Virus record (IMG/VR): IMGVR_UViG_2934734009_000001 | Location: 16,834-80,833 of that record | Length of the DNA: 64,000 nucleotides | Direction: 5' to 3' (one strand) | Origin: a virus | Lineage: Duplodnaviria; Caudoviricetes | Part shown: positions 1-7,800 of the stretch, piece after piece | Position numbering within the stretch: the stretch's first letter is position 1 | Layout: each line of letters opens with the position of its first letter | Translations under genes and position numbers: made by a program | Notes under the pieces: generated by a model | Database searches by the model: none | What the model was told of the DNA's origin: nothing | The model's input: the letters and a program-made list of their open reading frames with translations, nothing else

Positions 1-1684
1 ACGTCGTATCCGCCAGGGCACCCGTCGTCCACCCGGCCCCGTCCGTGCGCCGAACCTCCACCGTCGTCGGCGTCACATCCAACTGGAAACTCATCGCCGC
101 ATCAGCCACCGGGGCCGTCGTCGCGATCACCGAACCCATCGTCGTCCCCGACGTCACCCCAGCCGTGTGCTTGTTCAGCTGCATCTGCCCGTTCGCCCGC
201 ATCACCAGGTGATACCCGCCCGTCACGTTCGACTGGCTGAACCGGTACGGGTCGTCCGACTGCTTCCCGAAGTAGATCCCGCCGTGCAGCGTGGCCGACG
301 GCAGCACCTTGAACTTCATGTCGAAGCTGAGCCGGTAGCCGCCCGCACCAGCAGCGACAGGGCAGTATGTACCCAACCCCACCGACTGGAACGGCAGAGC
401 CGGCACGCTCACCCAGCCCACGTCCGGGGTAGGGGCGAACACCATCGCGTAGTCGGGGTCGTAGTCGATCGTCGGCGTGCAGCCCGGTTCCTTGATCTGG
501 AGATCCCACCTGGACGCCGTGCGCATCGGGGCCGACGTCGACACGTACCGGGGGTCGGACGACATCATGCCGACGACGCCCAAGCCGGTGAGGCGGGCGA
601 CCTGGGACCTGCGGTAGACCGCCCACGCGAACACGGGCTTCCCCCGGGCGACCACCTGGCTGATCCGGGTGTCCGTGAACGTCGTGTTCACACCCCAGTA
701 GTCGACCATGGCGTCCTTGCCATCCATCGTCGCGTCAGAGGTGCCGGAGTCCAGGTACACCCACGTCCGGTAGCCGCGCGCCTTAGCCCACGGGAGGCTG
801 AGCGTCCCGATGTGCGCCTTCCAGATCACCGACCGTGGAGCGTGCGGGTACGAAGCGTCCAGGAGCTGCTGGCACGGCACCACCGCATCGTTCGCTTTCG
901 GCTCCAGCAAGATCGGCACCTTGCCCAGGAACTCATCCAGCACCTGCCGCAGCGGGACCAGCCGCTGCTCCGCCCAGCCGGCACCCAGCAGTGGCCGTGA
1001 GTTCGTCTGGACCTGCTGGCCGACCTCTTCGGTGGTGTACCCGTTGAGGTTCCCGGTCCGGTTCGTCGTCCGGTCCACAGTTGGGTCATGCAGGCACCAC
1101 AGCTCCCCGCTGGCATCGACGTTGACCGAGACTTCGAGCGGGTACCGCATCGCGGCAGCGGCCCGGTAGGCGACCAGCGTGTGCTCGGGGCGCACCATGC
1201 CGCCGCCACGGTGGGCGAAGTACACGGGGGCCACGGGGGTTGCCGGGTTGATGATGCTGTCGATCGTGGTGATCGCGTTCGGGAGGTACAGGGCGGCGGC
1301 GCTCTCTGCCGCGGCGGTGATAGCAGCAGTCTGTGCCGTAGCGGCTTTCGCCGTGGCGTCATCCGCAGCTTCGGTAACGACACCGGCGACCCGGGCGGAC
1401 ACGATCGCCGCGATGTCCGAGGCGACCATGGCGTAGCGGCGGCCGAGCCCGAAGTCCAGGTAGACCGTGGTGGCGTCCTCCGGCCCGTAGAACGCCACGA
1501 ATCCGTCGGAGGCTGCGACCACGCTCGTGATCGGCACCCCGCTGGTGTCCGTCAGGTCCGTGAGCTGCGTGCCACCGACAACCGCATTCCACACGGTGCC
1601 CGTGGCGCCAGGGCGCAGCAGAAGCTGGTTGCCGACCTGCTGCATGGCGTAGTCCGAGGTGGTGCCCCCGAAGAGGTGACGCAT
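1..1684 (-). CDS. Tail-associated protein with glycerophosphodiester phosphodiesterase (GDPD) domain, 3' end outside window
   Basis: Not in the ORF track because no stop lies in the window. Hand translation from ATG at 1684 (AAAGGA RBS) stays open to base 1: FAHRGGGMVRPEHTLVAY...LEVSVNVDASGELWCLHDPTVDRTT...VFAWAVY...LGVVGMMSSDP, the GDPD motif series, then a beta-rich C-terminal domain. Confidence 0.85.
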   Translation of the reverse strand, partial: MRHLFGGTTSDYAMQQVGNQLLLRPGATGTVWNAVVGGTQLTDLTDTSGVPITSVVAASDGFVAFYGPEDATTVYLDFGLGRRYAMVASDIAAIVSARVAGVVTEAADDATAKAATAQTAAITAAAESAAALYLPNAITTIDSIINPATPVAPVYFAHRGGGMVRPEHTLVAYRAAAAMRYPLEVSVNVDASGELWCLHDPTVDRTTNRTGNLNGYTTEEVGQQVQTNSRPLLGAGWAEQRLVPLRQVLDEFLGKVPILLEPKANDAVVPCQQLLDASYPHAPRSVIWKAHIGTLSLPWAKARGYRTWVYLDSGTSDATMDGKDAMVDYWGVNTTFTDTRISQVVARGKPVFAWAVYRRSQVARLTGLGVVGMMSSDPRYVSTSAPMRTASRWDLQIKEPGCTPTIDYDPDYAMVFAPTPDVGWVSVPALPFQSVGLGTYCPVAAGAGGYRLSFDMKFKVLPSATLHGGIYFGKQSDDPYRFSQSNVTGGYHLVMRANGQMQLNKHTAGVTSGTTMGSVIATTAPVADAAMSFQLDVTPTTVEVRRTDGAGWTTGALADTT

Positions 1685-1703
1685 AGTCGTGATCCTTTCG
1701 GGG

Positions 1704-2717
1704 TCAGGCGAGCCAGTAGGAGCCGTCGATGGTGAGGACGTCACCAGGACGGATATTGAAGGGCTGCCGAGTGAGAAGGGCTGCGGCGTTGATCGTGGAT
1801 GAGGCAGAGTTGCCGTCCGAAGTGCCGTACCGCAGGCGGGTGATTCGCGTAGTGGATTCGTCGGGGTAGGTGGTTGCCACGCCGACCGCGGCTCCTTCGC
1901 CGTTGGAGCTCGTGAATGTCCAGTTGAACGTGGCCCGGCGTTCCGGTGTGCACGGGTATCCCGCCGGCAGGCTGGCCTGGATCGGCCCCGGGTTCGCCGG
2001 GGGGTTTGCCGCTACGACGAGGTAGATGGAAACGCTGGCCCGTTTGCCCTGCACCTGGAATCGGCCGGTGTTCGTGGCCCCGGTTCCCCAGTTGATGGCA
2101 GTTGAGCCCGCTGTCCAGGCCGGCGTGTATGACCCCTCCTGCACACCGGGTGATGCGAGCCAGCGCCAGTCGGCGCCGTCCCCGACATAGAGGTCGGTGC
2201 CCTCGATGAGAAGCTGCCCTCGCACACTGGGCCGGCGGGCGCCGGGGATGCCGGGCATGGCGCCGCGGTCGGTGAACCAGCGGCGGTCGATCACGTTGAC
2301 GGCGGTGACGACGCTGGACCCGGCGGCGACGGTGCACTGGGCGAGCGGAATCTCGTAGATGCCGTTCTCGTCCGAGGTGAGGGTCGGTGCGCTACTGCCC
2401 CCGGTTTTGTAGACGGCGACGACGGACTTGGCGCTCATGGAGGCGCGGAGTATCACGGTGTCGACGCGCGTGGTCGATCCGGCGTTGGCTGTGACCGCGA
2501 TGTTCTTCACGGCGTCGTTGAGGTAGTAGAACCCGTTGACGAACGCCTCCCCGGGCTGGAGGGTCACGTTCCCGGTGCCGTTCCCGGTGACCTTCAGGGC
2601 GGTACTGGCGGGGTCGGAAGCGTGAACACCGTCGAGGCCCCATCGCCGTGCCATGCGGGACCACTGCGACTGGGTGGCGATCGGGGAGCCGTCGAACGGC
2701 GCACTGAACTCGGCCAT
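1704..2717 (-). CDS. Minor tail protein
   Basis: Position after a Gp37-like gene. N-terminal GEAFVNG...RVDTVILR...YEIPLAQ...DRR pattern typical of actinophage minor tail proteins. Confidence 0.8.
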   Translation of the reverse strand: MAEFSAPFDGSPIATQSQWSRMARRWGLDGVHASDPASTALKVTGNGTGNVTLQPGEAFVNGFYYLNDAVKNIAVTANAGSTTRVDTVILRASMSAKSVVAVYKTGGSSAPTLTSDENGIYEIPLAQCTVAAGSSVVTAVNVIDRRWFTDRGAMPGIPGARRPSVRGQLLIEGTDLYVGDGADWRWLASPGVQEGSYTPAWTAGSTAINWGTGATNTGRFQVQGKRASVSIYLVVAANPPANPGPIQASLPAGYPCTPERRATFNWTFTSSNGEGAAVGVATTYPDESTTRITRLRYGTSDGNSASSTINAAALLTRQPFNIRPGDVLTIDGSYWLA

Positions 2718-3886
2718 CAGGCGGCCTTCCTTGTCTTCAGGCGCCCAACGTCCTTCTTGACCTGGGCGAGGTACTTGTAGATCCGGGCCACCGTGCCGTC
2801 GCCGTCGCTGGACCCGACCGCAGCCTTGACCGTGGTGCCTTCGCTAGCAGTGCAGATGAGGGCCACTTCGCGGACCACGTCGGTCATCCACGATTCGCGG
2901 ACTTTCGCGGACACGGTGTCGCCGACTTGGTAGTCCCGCCCGTACTGGAGGAGCGGGATATCGATCGGGCTGATTGCCAGCGATCCTTGCCCGGCGCCTG
3001 CGGCGAGGGCCTCCTCGGCGGCCTGGTCCATCTGCGCCACCAGGTCGACAGAGGCCGTGTCCACGGAGGTCAGGTCGACGAACTGCTCGATGATCAGCCC
3101 GGGGAACAGCGGGTCGGCCCGGTCGTAGGTCTTGCACTGGCGGGGCGAGGACTGGCCGCCGGCGACAACGACGGCGCGTGTGCAAGTGGGCGGGGTGGTG
3201 GTGTAGTTGGCGTCGGTGAGGTTCCCGAGGTCGAACGCGAACCGTGCGGTGCCGCTGCGGTCGGCGGGCTCGTACACCTGGAACTGGAGCCCGGACCCCG
3301 CCTGGACGATCCGGAACCCGAGCCCGGCCGCGTTCGCGATGTCGGCGAGGAGGCCGAGGAGGCCATCGAACTGGTTGAGCTGCCGGGTGACCGCCGGCCC
3401 ACGGCCCCCGTCAGATGCGAGCGTGAGGAGCGTGTTCTTGCGAGCCGCCAGCGCCCCAGGCCCCGCGTTGAGGTTCACGAGGGACCGCATCGCAGTCTCC
3501 GCAGCCACACCGCTGATCTTGTACACCGTGTCTGCCTGAGACCCGATGGCGCTACCGGGCGCCGGCCAGCAGGTATAACGGGCCAGCAGCTCCGTGTCGG
3601 ACACCCCGCCGACGGTGAGCTTCCCCGCCCCGGAGTCGTCCTTGGAGCGGGACCAGTCGACGGTGCGAATCGGCCCGGAGTCAACGAGCGTGCCGTCAGC
3701 GGTGCGGATGATCAGCCCGCTGCCCTCGGCCAGCAGGTTCGCTTTGCCTGAGTCGGCGGAGATTTCCAGGACGTAGGACCCGATGGCGTTGTAGCGGGGG
3801 ATGACGGTGAGGCTGGTGTAGTCGTCGATCTGCCCGATGCGTTCCAGGGCGGGGTTGCGGACGTAGACACGAAGTGCGGTGCTCAT
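2717..3886 (-). CDS. Minor tail protein (siphovirus Gp37-like baseplate hub)
   Basis: 389 aa after the distal tail gene; RYNAIGSYVLEI and YGRDYQVGDTVS motifs. Confidence 0.8.
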   Translation of the reverse strand: MSTALRVYVRNPALERIGQIDDYTSLTVIPRYNAIGSYVLEISADSGKANLLAEGSGLIIRTADGTLVDSGPIRTVDWSRSKDDSGAGKLTVGGVSDTELLARYTCWPAPGSAIGSQADTVYKISGVAAETAMRSLVNLNAGPGALAARKNTLLTLASDGGRGPAVTRQLNQFDGLLGLLADIANAAGLGFRIVQAGSGLQFQVYEPADRSGTARFAFDLGNLTDANYTTTPPTCTRAVVVAGGQSSPRQCKTYDRADPLFPGLIIEQFVDLTSVDTASVDLVAQMDQAAEEALAAGAGQGSLAISPIDIPLLQYGRDYQVGDTVSAKVRESWMTDVVREVALICTASEGTTVKAAVGSSDGDGTVARIYKYLAQVKKDVGRLKTRKAA

Positions 3887-3899
3887 GGGGGTCCTCCTC

Positions 3900-4835
3900 T
3901 CAGGCGGCCAGGTAGCGGGGCTGGTACGTCATACGGACAGAGGTGGCCGACGTGGAGCCGGCCACGGTGAGGGTGAGCTGGTTGACGCCGGTCTCCAGGG
4001 GCCACAAGGAGGAGGCGTCGGAGAGGTTCGGCCACAGGTTGGTCGTGCCGTTCAGGAGGGCTGTCTGGCGGCGTTCCCGGGTGTCGATGACGATCGTGTC
4101 GGCGCCGGTGATGGTGCGGGTGAGGACGAGGGTCTGCCCAGTGGTCACGTTCGTGAGGGTGGCTGACGTGGCCGGGCCTTTGATGGTCCACACGGGGAAG
4201 GCGTCGTCGTCCCCGTCGTTGTCTACGGTGACCGACCCCAGCACCTGTGAGTCGCCGACCGTCAGCGGCAGGAACGGGAAGAAGTCGCCGCCCGTGTCGT
4301 TCATCCACTCGGTGGTGACCTCCCCCCCAGTCCAGTACGGGGACGGGGCTGCGAAAGTGACCACGCCGATGCACCAGCGGCGGCCCGCGGCGTCGAGGGA
4401 TTCGTCGCCTTCCATGCCGTCCTGGTAGCGGACCCCGATGCTGCGGACGTCACCGTCGGGCTGGGTGAGAGTCAGGGTCCCCTGCCCGCGCTTCGGGTTG
4501 AGCGCCCGGATGAAAGTGCGCCTGCGGGCCAGATAGGCGGCCCGTGAGTCGTTGGCCCAGAAAGCGAGCGGAATAGAGATCGTTTTGCCCTGGGCGCGGA
4601 CCTGCCGCACCTCGTACCCGTCGATGCCCGGTGATTCGTCGGTCGCCATGGCATACCCGGGCATGTCCAGGCCCTTGGCGCCGGGCTGGACAACCCAGCC
4701 GCGCTCCCAGTCGGTGAGGAGCGTCGTCACACCACCGGGGTCCGTGAAGCTGACCAGGGGCATCTCGACGAGGCGTTGCGGCCACTCCCACGGCGGCTGG
4801 ACCGGCAGGGTCGTCGAGGCTACGAGGATCGGCAT
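3900..4835 (-). CDS. Distal tail (Dit-like) protein
   Basis: Directly after the tape measure; NDGDDDAFPVWTIKGP and LWPLETGVNQL motifs. Confidence 0.8.
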   Translation of the reverse strand: MPILVASTTLPVQPPWEWPQRLVEMPLVSFTDPGGVTTLLTDWERGWVVQPGAKGLDMPGYAMATDESPGIDGYEVRQVRAQGKTISIPLAFWANDSRAAYLARRRTFIRALNPKRGQGTLTLTQPDGDVRSIGVRYQDGMEGDESLDAAGRRWCIGVVTFAAPSPYWTGGEVTTEWMNDTGGDFFPFLPLTVGDSQVLGSVTVDNDGDDDAFPVWTIKGPATSATLTNVTTGQTLVLTRTITGADTIVIDTRERRQTALLNGTTNLWPNLSDASSLWPLETGVNQLTLTVAGSTSATSVRMTYQPRYLAA

Positions 4836-7800
4836 CAGTAGGCTCCGCTCATGACCGGGCGGTGAAGCATGTCTTCCTGCGCCATGGCGTCGAGGATGCT
4901 GCGGCGGGAGGCGACCTCGCGGGTGGTTGCGTTGTAGTGCAGGTGCCGGTCACCGGTGGTGTTGTTGACCGTGCGCGTTTCGGTACGGGCCAGACCGGCG
5001 GCGGCTGTCGACCGGACGGTGCGGGCCATGGATGCGGCTGCTGCTGCGGCCTGCGGGATGGTGTCGCGGACGCCGCGGACGAAGCCGAGCCCGGTGAACC
5101 GGCCGAGGCTGGCGAGTACCTGCGACGGCGATTTGATCTTCAGTTCGACCTTGATGGTCTTCTGGATCTTCTTCGCCAGGTCGGCCATTGCCTTCACGAT
5201 CGCCGACTCCTGCGCCACCAGCCCTGTGAGAAATCCCTTCCCTGCCATGGCTCCGGCGTCGTACATGACGTCGGCGGCGGACTGTCCGTAGGCGGTGGCC
5301 GCCTTCCCGATCTGCACCTGAGTCGCGTTGATGGACTTGAGTTGGGCGTCGGTCGCATTCACCAGCGCCGCGGCGTAGGGTGCGCCCTGGTCCGGGCCCG
5401 CTTGGATGATCTGCCCGATCAGATCCTTGGACAGGCCGCGCTTGCCCAGGATCTCCAGGTTCTTCGAGAACGCCTGGAGCTGCCCGAGACGGACCTGAAG
5501 CCCGTTGAGGATTCCGTCCGCACCGAAAGGCAGCCCACTGTTCGGCAGGCCGGTCAGAGACGCGAAGCCGCTCGCGCTGGCAGTCGTCTCGGTGGCGAAC
5601 GCCTTAGCCTGGGCGATCTTCGCAGCGATGGTGTCGCGCTGCTTCGCCAGGGTCTGGAGCGCCTTGTTCTGTGTGGTGAGCTGCCGTACCAGCTTGTCAT
5701 CGAGAGTCGTCTTCACGCCCTTGAACGCGTTCTTCACGGCGGTGGCGACCTGGGTCATGGCCTTGTCGATCGCGGACGCCGTACCGGCCAGGGCCTTGAG
5801 GAAGTTCGCACCGACCGACGCCGCGATGGGTCCAGTGTCGATGCTCTTCCCGCCAACCCGAATGACACCGCCCGTGGCGTACCCGCCGCTGCGGCGGAAC
5901 CCGGTGCTGATCTGCACTCCTCCGCCGACGATGCCGCCTTGGGCGTACCCGCCGATCCGGTTGTACGCCGACGACAGGGATCCGTACCGGCTGAGGGCGT
6001 AGCGCATGGAGGCGTAGATGTTCGCCATCGGGTCGATGCTGACCCCGTACAGCTTGGGCCCGGTCTTGCGGTACTTCCCGGCGTAGGCATTGAACGTCGG
6101 CTCGATGACCTGCATCAACCCGACGCTGGGGGTGCCGTTGATCCAGTTGATGTCGTTGCGGTTGACCGCCTTCGGATTGCCGCCACTCTCCTGGTTCATC
6201 CGGCGGAGCGTCGTGTTCACCAGCGACAGGGACTGGCCGACCTGACCGAGGGCCTGAGTGACGACACCCCGGAACCGCTCGACGCCGGCGCCCGCCTCAC
6301 CCCCGGTGCCCCCTTCGAGATAGCGCATGGGGTCGACGGTCTTGCCGCTGATACGGGCTTCGAGGTGGAGGTGGGGGCCGGTGGTATTGCCGGTGGCTCC
6401 GACCCGGCCGATCTGCTGGCCGCGCTTCACTGTGTCGGAGGCGCGCGCCAACATGGCGGACATGTGGGCGTACAGCGACGACAAGCCGCTGCCGTGATTG
6501 ATCTCGATGTGCTTGCCGTAGGGGCCGGAGTCGACGGCCTGGCGGACGATGCCGGAGTCGACTGCCCGGATCGGTGCTCCCGTCTTCGCCGGGAAGTCCA
6601 GACCGGTATGCCGGCCCGAGCTCCACATGAGCCCGGCCTTCCCGAACGGCGTGCCGTAGGGGGCGGACACGGGCTTGAGCCACTGGCCGGCGCCTTCGAC
6701 GATGTCCTTGCCGCGGATGTAGTCGATGGCCTTGTTGATCAGCCCGATCGGGGCCTGCCCGATCATGCCGGGCCAGGTGCCCTTGTCCTTCCCGAGCGCC
6801 TTCGTGATGCCCTTCTTCACCGGGGAGAACGCCGACTCGGCAAGGTCGGCCAGCCCGCCGCGGGCGACGTCGGCGCCCTTGGAGAGCACGCTGCCGACGG
6901 CATTGGTGATGCCGTCGAAGATGCCGCCCTCAGCGAACCCACGGAACTGACGGAGACTGCGCCCCTGCATGGCAGCCTGGTTGACGGCGTGGAGCCTGGC
7001 CCGCTCATACGGGTCCTGCATAGCCTCGGAGACGTAGACGCCCTCGCCGCGGCGCATGGGGACAAGCTGATCGTCTCCCTGCCGCCATGACGACTGGCCG
7101 GGGAGGATCCCGCCGCGGGCGAAGCCCTTCGGCATGCCCATGGGCTTGAGGTCGGGGACCCCGGGGATTTTCGCAGCGGTCTTGTTCCAGACCGCGACGA
7201 TGCCCTTGTTGTAGACGACGTCGATCCAGAACTTGATCGGCGCCTTCACCAGGTCCTTGAGACCGGCCCAGATCTTCCCGAGACCCTTCTTCAGGGTCTC
7301 GAAGGCCCCGGAGAGCTTCTCGGCGAAGTTGTCGAAGCCGCGGCGGACGCTTCCCCAGGCATCAGTGGCGGTGGTTTTGATGTCGGTCCACAGCCCGGAC
7401 CAGGCGTCGGACACCTTGTCGCGGATCCAGTTGAAGATGCGGACCGCACCGTCGCGGAGGTTGGTGAACCACCTGATGGCCCCGTTGACGATGTCGGGGA
7501 TGACGGAGTGGCCGAGGAGAAAGTCGTACAGCCAACTGAAGGCCTTGGCGATGGCGTTGGTCAGCCACTTCACCGCGTCGACTCCGGGCTGGATGTCCTT
7601 GCGGAGGTCCGTCATCGACTTGATGAACATCTTCATCGCCGGGATGACGACCCGCAGGATGATCGCCGTGGCCAGCTGGGTCATCAGCATCGAAAACTGA
7701 ATCAGGGGCGGCAGCAGCGGCATGATCGCAGGCAGCAGCTGAATCAGGAACTCGGTTCCCAGCAGCGCCAACTGCGGGAGTAGCGGGGCCAGGGCGAGAA

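Noticed and set aside
4862-7090. Long plus-strand ORFs opposite real genes (also 14293-15843, 28266-30521, 43350-45335, 54034-56079)
   Set aside because: Antisense shadow ORFs expected in high-GC DNA; they have no recognisable motifs while the opposite strand has clear domains and RBSs.
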